This document shows positions 10,301 through 22,100 of a DNA stretch of 64,000 nt, one piece after another. The notes beneath the pieces were generated by a model. The model had not been told where the DNA came from. It saw nothing but the letters and a program-made list of their open reading frames with translations, and made no database searches. Numbering within the stretch: position 1 is the stretch's first letter; the number at the start of each line of letters is the position of its first letter. The stretch is from Podarcis erhardii. Lineage: Eukaryota. The position numbers were made by a program, and so were the translations under genes. Where the stretch lies: assembly GCA_964252035.1 (NCBI GenBank), contig OZ176200.1, one strand, 5' to 3'.

Positions 10301-13164
10301 TATTATACCCCGCCCATCTGGCCGGGCCTCCCCAGCCGCTCTGGGTGGCTCCCAACAGAATATTAAAAACATGATAATACATCAAATATTTAAAAACCTC
10401 CCTAAAAGGGCTGCCTTCAGGTGTCTTCTAAAAGTCACATAGTTGTTTATTTCCTTGACATCTGAAGGGAGGGCGTTCCACAGGGCAGGCGCCGCTACCA
10501 AGAAGGCCCTCTGCCTGGTTCCCTGTAATCTCACTTCTTGCAGTGAGGGAACCGCCAGAAGGCCCTCGGCACTGGACCTCAGTGTCCAGGCTGAATGATG
10601 GGGGTGGAGATGCTCCTTCAGGTACAGTGGTGCCTCGCAAGACGAAATTAATTCGTTCCGCAAGTTTTTTCTTCTTGCGAGTTTTTCGTCTTGCGAAGCA
10701 CGGTTTCCCATAGGAATGCATTGAAAATCAATTAATGCATTCCTATGGAGACCGCTTGCCAGGCTGGCGGTGCGGAGAAGGGCTTTTCTCCCCACCGCAA
10801 GCCTTCAGGACAGGTACGGGAACAGAGGGGAAGGCGCGCAGCGCTTCTCCACTGTTCCCGGGGCTTGCGGTGGGAGGAGAGTTTTTCCTCCCCACGCCAA
10901 CATTCAGAACAGCATTCTGAAAGTTGGCGGTGGGAAGGAAAACCCTCCTCCCACCGCAAGTCTTCAGGACAGCCATCCCAAGGCTGGCGGCGGGAGGAGG
11001 TCTCTCCGCCCCACCGCCAGCCTTCGGAGGAGGTCCGAGGACAGTGGGGAAGACGCGCTGCGCTTCCCCGCTGTCCCGGAGATTTCCCCATGGGCTTTCG
11101 TCTTGCGAAGGAAGCCCATAGGGAAATTCGTTTTGCGAAGCACCTCCAAAACGGAAAACCCTTTCGTCTAGCGGGTTTTTCATCTTGCGAGGCGTTCGTC
11201 TTACGGAGCACCACTGTATACTGTTTTTAGCTGCTTTTGTGATGTGATTGTAAATTGATATGTTACACATGTAAAAGATGATACATCAATTAATACATCA
11301 TCACTAATTCATTAGAACTATGGTTTGTGTTAAGGGTGCAATGCAAACATTAAAACATATTCAAATTAATAATATTTTGCTTTAATATTGTGGCAGATCC
11401 TCCTTCACCACCTCGATGGCTTGAGGTCATTAATATCACTAAAAACACTGCAGACCTTAAATGGACAGTACCAGAACGCGACGGAGGTTCTCCTATTACA
11501 AATTACATCGTTGAAAAGAGAGACGTACGGCGGAAAGGCTGGCAGACGGTTGATACTACGGTTAAGGACACCAAATATACAGTGACACCACTAACAGAAG
11601 GCTCTCTGTATGTATTCCGTGTGGCTGCAGAAAATGCAGTGGGGCAGAGTGACTACTGTGAAATTGAGGACTCTGTTCTTGCAAAAGACACCTTCAGTAA
11701 GTTTTGAAGTGCACACATTCAGAATTCAGCTTCAACAAACTATGTCATCGTTTTTAAATTTCTGTTTTCCTAACTATCAATATTATTTAATTTAGCTACC
11801 CCTGGAGCACCATATGCACTTACACCAGTCGAAGTGACAAAGAGACATGTCGACCTAAAATGGGAACCCCCTAAGAATGATGGTGGCAGACCAATTTTAC
11901 GGTAAAAGAGAATTGTTTTTATATTTATTTTTTGTAAACCACTTAGAGGTTCAGTTTACAATCAAGCAGCATATACATTTTTAGAAAGATAGAAAGATAG
12001 ATACAGACAGACAGAATATATTGGGAAAGAGTATAAAATCTGGGGCAGGGAGAGATGATTAATAGAGAAAATTTATTTTTAAAGGTTCCAAAGTTTATTG
12101 TGTTCATTATACACATCTATTAGATGAGCAATGTTTCAAATCTAAATGAACGATTCATTCTTGATGAAATCTTTCTACTTGGGCTGATCTTTTATTCCCC
12201 TTCCTTCCCTCCCCCTCCCCCTTTTATGAAGATTACCCGCTCTGGATTCCACAGCTAATTCTCCCCTGGTCTCCTCGCTGGCCCAAATAGGACTAATTTA
12301 GCCAGCTAGCCCTGGTGATCATCTAATGTTTATTGGATGGATTTCCCCCCAAATTGATTTTTGAATTCTGAATTTATTGTTATTCACGTTTTATACTGTA
12401 TTTTATGCTGTTTTTTGTTTCATCAATGAAGTGTTTTAAATTTGTTGTTAGCCACCCTGAGCCCGGTTTTCTGCACTGGGAAGGGCGGGGTATAAATAAA
12501 AAATTATTGTTGTTGTTGTTGTTTGAATTGTATGGATTCATGCACCTTATAAACATCTGTTCTTCACACAGATACGTTATTGAAAAGAAAGAGAAGCTTG
12601 GCACACGCTGGGTGAAAGCTGGCAGAACATCAGGCCCTGACTGCAATTTCAGAGTAACGGATGTCATAGAAGGTACAGAGGTGCAGTTCCAGGTCCGTGC
12701 TGAAAATGAAGCCGGCTGTGGTCACCCTAGCGAACCGACTGACATCCTGGCAATTGAAGATCCAACAAGTGAGTTACGAACACTGGAAATTATAATCAGT
12801 GAAATATGTTGTGCCAAATGGAACGGCAGAAAATAACTTTACTTATGTATTCCTGCAGGCCCTCCTTCACCTCCTCTGGACTTACACGTGACAGACGCAG
12901 GAAGAAAACACATTTCGATTGCGTGGAAACCCCCAGAGAAAAATGGCGGCAGTCCTATAATTGGATACAATATAGAACTCTGTGAAGCAGGAACTGAAAA
13001 ATGGATGAGAATAAATTCTCGACCAGTCAAAGACTTGAAATACAAAGCAGAAGAAGGCGTTGTCCCTGACAAGGAATATATTCTCAGGGTCAGAGCTGTC
13101 AACGCTATAGGGGCTAGTGAGCCATCAGACATATCAGAAAATGTTGTCGCCAAAGATCCAGACT
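2855..13164 (+). CDS. TTN: TTN I/A-junction exons: Fn, Ig, Fn, Fn, Ig, then six tandem Fn3 (about I108-I118)
   Basis: Exons 2855-3042, 3144-3258, 3924-4208, 4809-4960, 5092-5239, 6079-6256, 6349-6470, 6604-6891, 6983-7279, 8087-8273, 9317-9432, 9523-9822, 11397-11696, 11796-11901, 12572-12768, 12859-13164. Total 3285 nt, frame preserved. Confidence 0.93.
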
Positions 13165-16100
13165 GTGAGTATAGTTGTTTTCGAAACAGTCATGAAATAA
13201 ATTATAAATTGTGAAATTGCTTTGGCACACTAATTGAAATTATTTTTCTGTGTGTTTTCTTTAAAAAAAAACACAACAACAGGTAATCCAACTGTTGATA
13301 TAAAGACTACAGACCTCATTGTGGTTGAAGGTGAAAAGTTAAGTATCCCTGTGCCCTTCAGAGCTGTTCCAACTCCAACTATTGCTTGGCATAAGAGTGG
13401 GAAGGAGTTGAAAGCCGGTGACCGAACAACAATGAAGAGCGATCACATCTCTGCCTTGCTGGAAGTAACAAATGCAGTCCATGCTGATGCTGGCGTTTAC
13501 ACTATTACCTTGGAGAATAAATTGGGTTCAACAACCGGTACAATCAATGTCAAAGTAATAGGTAATTTATTTTTCTTATACTGGCAATTATGTGAATTAG
13601 ACTCATAATGGTGAATGGGTGAAAAGATGCTCAGCTCTTAGTGTCAGGGACTGTGCTGAGGAGGGCTGCACTGAGGAGAAAGGTTGGGAGCCTCCCCCTC
13701 TGCATCCCCATCCCGCTCCTCTGCATCCAGATCCTGAATCTTCCCAGGAGCAGGAGGAAAGTATAGATTTGGAGCAGTGGTTTGCAGAGGGGCACAGTTC
13801 AGAAGGCAGAAGCTGGGAAATACTGGGTGGGGAACAGCTAGGAGAAGAAACACTGGAAGAGAGAGAGTTAACAGATTCACAGTCGTTGGACAGCATTCCC
13901 CCACTGCCCTTCCCAAGGTTGAGAAGAGTTCAGAAAGCGGCAGAACAGAAAGCACACAAAGCACAGAGAGTACAAACTCAGATTACAAGACGTAGTAATG
14001 ACGTAGATTAATAGGGACATAAGGGGGTAGGATCCTTAATTGGGAGCACCGCCATTCCTAGGAGATGGGTTCTTTGTTCTCTCGCTGTGATTATTAGTTT
14101 CTAACTGGTAAGACAACTCCTTTTCCTTTGTTTTGCTTATCTACTGCCATGAGGGAAGAAGCTGATTCCCTGAAGCCTGACACTTAGCTGCTTAATTGAT
14201 ACATGTAACGTGAGCCAAAGCTGATATCTCCATGTATCTAAATAGGGAGATAGGTCACCCTGAGGAATTGTTAATAATATATATAAATGTTTATCATCCA
14301 TATGATTAGTGCGCACGAGTATATATATTCTTTTAATACAGTTTTCAAACCAATTTACTTAAATGCTACATGTGTACCTATTGTTCTTCAATTAGGTGTG
14401 CCTGGACCATGCAATAGTATCAAGGCAAGTGAAGTAACTAAAAATTCATGTAAAGTTACCTGGGAACCTCCAGAATTTGATGGCAACACTCCAATTTTAC
14501 ATTATGTGCTGGAGCGAAGAGAAGCTGGTAGGAGAACATACATACCAGTGATGTCTGGTGAGAACAAATTGGCATGGAATGTAAAGGATCTCATACAAAA
14601 TGGTGAATACTACTTCCGTGTTAAAGCTGTTAATAAAATCGGAGGAGGTGAATACATTGAACTGAGAAATCCAGTGATTGCAGAAGATCCAAAGCGTAAG
14701 TTTTTTTTTTTATGATCATCAAGACTGAAAAAGGAAAATGGTTTCTCTGTGCCTTTTATTTATCCATTTTCTTCTAAATTTTCAATATGCAGAGCGTCCA
14801 GATCCACCTATTGACCTTGAGGTTCACAATCCAACATCGAAGTCAGTAACACTCACATGGAAACCACCACTGTATGATGGAGGAACCAAGATTATGGGCT
14901 ACGTTTTGGAAAAGTTAGTTAAAGGAGGAGAGAAGTGGGAAAGATGCAATGACTTTTTGGTTCCTCTTTTGACTTCTCCTGTGAAAGGTCTTGAGGAAGG
15001 CAAAGAATATCAGTTCCGTGTCCGTGCAGAGAATGCTGCCGGTGTCAGCGGACCTTCTAATGTCACTCCTCTGGTGAAAGCAGTGGATCCCGTTGGTATG
15101 TTTTGCAAACTACCTATTCATTTTTAGCAAGTATTCAAATTCTGCTGTATGCTACAGTATCAAATATAAACTAAAACAATATTTTTATGGTTACAGAGGC
15201 TCCAAAGGTTTTCCTCGGTGCGAATCTGCAGGCTGGCCTTGAGGTGAAGCAAGGTTCTGAGATTGCACTTGAAGCCCACATTTCAGGGTCACCTTACCCA
15301 ACTATTGATTGGTTATGGAATGATGAAGTTGTTAAGCCAACAGAAATTAAGAAGAGAGTTACCAAGGTTACTAGGAAGAAGAAAGGTGAAGTTGAAGAAG
15401 ATGAGCCTTTCCACTTGTCCCTGCCCGAGCGTTTGAGCATTGACAACCACAGACAAGGAGATTCTGTACTGGTCGTTCGGGATTCAATCAGACCAGACCA
15501 TGGCACATATACTATTCGAGTTGAAAATGATCACGGGGTTGCAAAAGCTTCATGTGAAGTCAATGTGTTAGGTATGCCCTTATACATAATGGTGTATGAT
15601 ACATTTTCTTCAAAATGTTTGAAGTGATATGTGCAAAGTCGTGCTCATTATTTTTGTTTTCAAAACAGATACACCTGGACCACCGGTCAACTTTGTTTTT
15701 GAGGAGGTTCGTAAAAATAGCATCACTTGCAAGTGGGAGCCTCCTCTTGATGATGGCGGAAGTGAAATATTGAACTACGTCCTTGAAAAGAAAGACAACA
15801 CAAAATCCGACATTGGCTGGGTTACCGTTACTTCAACGCTTAGGCATTGCAAATATAATGTGCCTAAACTTATTGAAGGAAAGGAGTACATATTCCGTGT
15901 GAAAGCTGAGAACAGAGTAGGAGCTGGACCTCCATGTCTTTCAAAACCTGTTGTAGCTCAAGATCCATTCAGTAAGTCTTGTACTGTATCTAAATATGTG
16001 CTTCATTCATTTTTCCCAAAAGGCACTGTCATCATCATCATCATCACCTTACACTCATATTGTACTTTAACATTAAAACTCTAATTCTATAATAACCCAG

Positions 16101-19100
16101 CAGAAAAACCTTGCAGAAGGAAATGGCTAAATTACATTTGCTGATCGTTGCATCTGAGTGCAACATCCTAAAAAGAAAAAGAAACAGCTTGGACAATCCA
16201 TGCTAGTTGATTGTAAAACTTGCCATATCAGCCTTTTCTATTCTGTTCTCTCCTTGTGTCTTAAAGTGTGTGAAGTGGGTGGTAATTACAAATAATAAAT
16301 CCTTGAGATATATGGGTACACTGAGCTGGTAAGATCATCATTGACAAAAGCAAATGCTTTAATAATCCACCAGTAAAATAAATTGCAGATGAATTCGTAC
16401 ATACAAAGCAGAAAAAGAAGAACTGTGAAAAACACACATTTTCTTTAAGTCTTTCCATATACACAAAACCCACCCGCACTCTACAAGTTTCAAGCATGCA
16501 CATCTACACGTTTAGGGTATAACACAGAGATAATATTTACATATCATGAAGGCAGTTTCGTTTTATTGGGATGTGGCTTTCCAGGGACCAAGCTAAACTT
16601 TACTACTCACAAGGGGTTCTGAATTCACTTAAAGGCATTCTGGGAGAACCAAGCTAACTGCCCCTGCCCCCATTTGTCATCCCAGTTTGCCCCCTTTGTG
16701 TAGTAAAGAAAAATACTTGTAACAGCTAATTTAGTAGCTCTCAGGCTGCAATCCTAGACACATTTACCTGGGAGTAAGTACAGCTGAAATCATGGGACTT
16801 CAATTCAAGTAACTGTGAATAAGATCAGGTTGCATATTGCAACTGAAGCCTCCAAGTAAAGATATGGTGGAGGAGAAAATTAGAGGCATTAAACAAATTA
16901 AATTTCTGTATGATTTGGTAAGCTCCACTAACATTTGCATATCCTCTTTTTCTAGGTCCTCCTGATGCACCTGATAAACCTCTAGTAGAGGATCCAACCA
17001 GCAGTAGTCTGTTGGTTAAGTGGAATGAGCCTAAAGACAATGGTAGCCCCATTTTGGGATACTGGATTGAAAAGCGCGAAATCAATGGAACCCACTGGGC
17101 CCGTGTGAACAGAGAGCGTGTGAATGCCCTGGAAACTAGAGTTGAAGGACTTTTAGAAGGTCTAACTTACGTTTTTAGAGTTTGTGCTGAAAACGCAGCT
17201 GGCCTTGGCAAATTCAGTCCCCCTTCAGATCCTAAAACTGCACAAGACCCAATATGTAAGTTGTTAGATAGATAATATTATCCCTTAGTTTGAAAAGGGA
17301 AGTTTTCAGTCTATTCATCTCTCTTTACATGTATTTTTTTCTTTTAGTGCCTCCTGGCCCACCTGTTCCAAGAATTGTTGATACAAGCTCAACATCTATT
17401 GACGTTGAATGGGATGCTCCGCTATACAATGGGGGTAGTGAAATCACTGGCTACCATGTTTACAAGAATTTTGTCGGCTCAAATGAATGGTCTCGCTGCA
17501 CAGAAAGACCTACTAAGGTTCGGAGCTATATAGTTAAAGGAATTAGAGAAGGTGCAGATTACAAACTTCGTATTACCGCTCTTAATGTTGCTGGGGAAGG
17601 ATCTCCTGGAGAAACAGAGCCTGTAACAGTTGCAGAGCCTCAAGGTACTGTGATTATGTAATTTAAAATGAAATCTAACGTGAAATAGTTTGTGGGACTG
17701 CAAATTAATTAATTCTCTCTCTCTCTCCTTATACAGAGCCTCCCACTGTTGAATTTGATATTTCTGTCAGGGCAGGAGTTCAGATATTGGCAGGTCAAGC
17801 ACTTAAACTCCCTGCTGTTGTTACTGGACGACCTACCCCTACAATTGTGTGGACTTTAGAGGATGCAGATGTTGACAAAGAGCGAGTTGTGATTGAAAAT
17901 GTTGGCACTTCATCTGAGCTGTTTATCAAAAATGCACTCAGAAAAGACCACGGAAGATACGTGATTACTGCCACCAACGAAAGTGGTTCTAAATTTGCTG
18001 CAACCAGAGCAGAAATATTTGGTAAGAAATGCTACATAGAGTGAAACGATGAATATATTAAGTATTTGGCGTTCTTCAATTACATCTCACGTCTTCTTTT
18101 CCAGATGTTCCTGGACCGGTTACTGACTTGCATCCTGTGGTGGTAAATAGAAAGATGTGTCTACTTAACTGGGATGATCCCAAAGATGACGGAGGAAGTG
18201 AGATCATAGGTTTCCTTGTAGAGAGGAAAGATGCCAAAATGCATACATGGAGACTAGCCGTAGATACAGACAGATCTAAGTGTGATATAACAGGTCTTGT
18301 TGAAGGACAAGAATATAAGTTCCGTGTATTCGCCAAGAACAAGTTTGGCTGTGGACCACCTGTTGAACTGGGACCTCTCCTTGCTGTTGACCCCAAAGGT
18401 AAAACTTCTTGTATTGATAAAAACCATCAGAACACTTTGGAACAGAGGACCCTCCTCCCGTAATTTCAACTTTTAACACCATTCAAAATATATATTTATA
18501 TCCTTTATCATCACAACACTCCGTGTGTGTGTGTGCGCGCGCGCGCGCATTCTTGCAGTTGAACCCAGAACATGTCAGTTTCTTGAAAGAGAACTTTTCT
18601 AGAGTCGGGATAACTGAAAACCTAGTGCTTCCCATGTCCATTTCTGTGTGGAAATACTTTTTTTTTTTTTAAAAAAAAGAAGAAAATAATCCTACAAGGG
18701 CAAAACGTTGCATGCGAAGACGCTCTGATGTAAAACTTTTCTGTAGCTGCTCTAGATTTACAAAATCCAATTTCTCCACACACCTCTTTCCCACTTCCAG
18801 CAATTCACTGGAGTCGCACCAATGCATTTTGGAGTTAGTATAGCATTGTCCCATTTAATTTAGTATTTAATGACAGTTTTAAACTGAGGATGGAGAGGTG
18901 GGTTTCAGTAAACATCTGCAGAGCTTCCCTCCTCTTTAAATAGCATGTTGCATGTCCCTAGCCTTGGAGGCAGGGGAATATAAACCGAAATAAATAAAAC
19001 GATGTATTTGTACCTTGTTTGCTGGTGAAACTGCTGCACAGTAAACATGACGTGGAAAAACAAGGGTTTATTTTTCAAATTTAACTTATCATTTTTCATT

Positions 19101-22100
19101 CTTGCCACAACAGGTCCTCCAACTGCTCCTGAGAGGTTCATGTACACAGAGAGAACAAAAAATTCTGTTACACTTGACTGGAAGCCTCCCCGTAATGATG
19201 GTGGAAGCCCCATCATCGGCTACATTGTTGACAAAAGAAGACATGACTCAAATGAATTCGAAAGAGTCAATAAGAGACTCTGTCCAACTACATCCCTTCT
19301 TGTGGACAATCTTGCTGAGCTGCATATGTATGAGTTCCGAGTCAAGGCTGTCAACGAGATTGGAGAAAGTGAACCATCACTGCCCCTTAATGTAGTCGTA
19401 CAGGATGATGAAGGTGAGGCTCTTTAATATAAATGTGTACACTTCACCTATAAATGTGAACATTTGGTGTCTGCTAGACGCCTCACTATATTTTTGAGAA
19501 TTACATGGTTAATCACTTTTGCATTCATTTTCTTTTTTCAGAACCTCCCACAGTGACATTGCGTCTCTCTGTTAGAGGAGATACTATCAAAGTTATGGCA
19601 GGGCAACCAGTCAACATTCCAGCAGACGTGACAGGTCTTCCAATGCCAAAGATTGAATGGTCTAAAGATGACGTTGTTATTGATAAAACATCAGATGCCC
19701 TTAAGATCACCAAAAAGGAAACAAGTAGAACAGAGGCGAAAACTGAACTCAGCATGCCTGCAGCAGTTAGGAATGATAAAGGCACTTACACAGTTTCAGC
19801 TTCTAATCGTCTTGGCACCGCATACCGCAATGTTCACGTTGAAGTATTTGGTATGTATCTAGCTTCTTGCTTAAACGGCCAAAGTTTTCTTACTTTGTTT
19901 CTACCATAACACAATCCTAAATTGGTTTTATTTAGATCGTCCTTCTCCACCGAGAAATCTCACCGTATCGGATATTAAAGCTGAATCTTGCTGTTTGACT
20001 TGGGATGCCCCACTCGATAATGGTGGCAGTGAGATTACGCACTACATTATTGAGAAGCGTGATGCGAGCAAAAAGAAGTCTGACTGGGAGGAAGTATCCA
20101 GCACTGTTGTGGATAGACGATTTGGGGTAATGCTTCAATCTTGATTTCATAGGCGAAAGGAATAGTCTTTAAATGAAATATGACCATTTATAAAATTGTT
20201 GAGGTGAATGTTAACACTGTTCACCTTCTAGATTTCCTATTTTTACGTCTGCCTTCCATTTAATGACAAAATAGGTATTCCTATACACTGTATTGAATGG
20301 TACTTCACTCCCTTCAGAGTTGGGTTAGTAGCAGTTGGTGCAGATATGCCAATGATGTATAGAGTTGTTAAGCATCACAGCAACATGCAAGTGGTTCAAG
20401 AACTGTTTTAAGATGGCATCTAACTGCATGGAAAACATCCAAAATACACTAAAACCAGTTCTGAAAATTGGTTTTACACATATCATAGGATCAAACAGTT
20501 GGATGGGTCCTTTTTGAGTTTGAGGGGTCTGCCTAGTCAAATCCCTTGCTCAGTGCAGGAAAATGATGGCATCTAACTGCATGGAAAACATCCAAAATAC
20601 ACTAAAACCAGTTCTGAAAATTGGTTTTACACATATCATAGGATCAAACAGTTGGATGGGTCCTTTTTGAGTTTGAGGGGTCTGCCTAGTCAAATCCCTT
20701 GCTCAGTGCAGGAAAATGAGAACCTGGGCACTCCCAACAGATGGCTGTTTAGATTCTGCTTAAGATCTCCACTGAAGAAGAACCCAATGTTCATTGACTC
20801 CATTGTCAAACTTTTAAGAGGTTTCTCCTAATGTTCAACTGAAACGTGCCCTCCTTTAGCTTATGAGATCTAGATGTTTATGCCCTCTGTATGACATCTC
20901 CTCAGGTATTTGTAATATGTTGACATGCCCCCCTTCAGACATCTCCCCACCAAGTTAAACAAACCCAATTACTTCATCCTTTCTTTTTAAGTCTTGTTTT
21001 CCATACCACTGACTACCTTTGTTGCCCTCCTTTGTGAGGTGACCTTTGGCTATTCTTTGTTTAAAGTCCTGGAAACAAAACAGGGAATTGATATGAAACT
21101 GATTTTAAAAAATAATAATGTATCATGTTTCTCTTACTTTTCAGGTCTATAAACTAGCAACAAATGGACAATATCAATTTAGAGTGAGGGCCGTTAACAG
21201 GTTTGGGACAAGTGACGAATGCCTTTCCGAAAAGGTAGTTATCAAGGATCCTTATGGTCTTCCTGGACCCCCTGGAAAACCAAAGGTTACAGAACACACC
21301 AGGTCATCAATGCTGGTAACATGGACGCCTCCACTAGACAATGGTGGAGCTCCAATTACTGGCTATTGGCTGGAAAAGAAAGAAGAAGGAGGTGTCTACT
21401 GGTCGCGTGTCAACAGAGCTCCAGTGACAAAACCAGCAGTGAAAGGACTGGAATACAATGTACTGCGTTTGATTGAAGGTGTGAAATACCAGTTCCGAGC
21501 TATGGCTGTGAATATTGCTGGAATTGGCCCCCCCAGTGAGCCATCAGATCTTTATGAAGCTGCAGATCCAATCTGTAAGTATAAAGACAAGGAAGCAATA
21601 TGTAACACAAAATGCCACCTTTGTAATTTTTGTTCAATTTGTCCTGAACCTGATTTGATAGAGGTTCTGTGATTTCAGTGCAAGAGCTCTGCATTTGAGG
21701 TCAAATATTTAATGAGTTAGGCTTCATTTTATAAGTGCCTATTATCATGATAAATAGCAAATGTTCCTAATTTTGTGCAATGAAATACTGTATAGTTGAT
21801 AGACTTTCCATTCACTTCATTGAAGAGGTGTTGTGCAATGGAACAAGGGAGGCATAGTCCTCATGGCAGTACATTTTGCATTTGCTCAATAGATCCTCCT
21901 GGAGCACCATCATGCCCAGATGTCAAAGACAGAACCAACTCAACTATATCTCTTGCATGGAAACCTCCACAAAAAGATGGTGGCAGTCCTATTAAAGGAT
22001 ACATAGTCGAAATGCAAGAAGAAGGTAGTTTAGATTGGAAGAGTGTGAACGAACCGGACAAGCTGTTCCCTACCTGCGATTGTGTTGTACCCAATCTGAA

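Noticed and set aside
10013-10385. ORFs with poly-Ile, poly-Asn or poly-Leu
   Set aside because: Translations of the (TAA)16 L2 tail.
10732-11270. Eight overlapping ORFs on both strands
   Set aside because: GC-rich MITE core is poor in stop codons; no transposase motifs.
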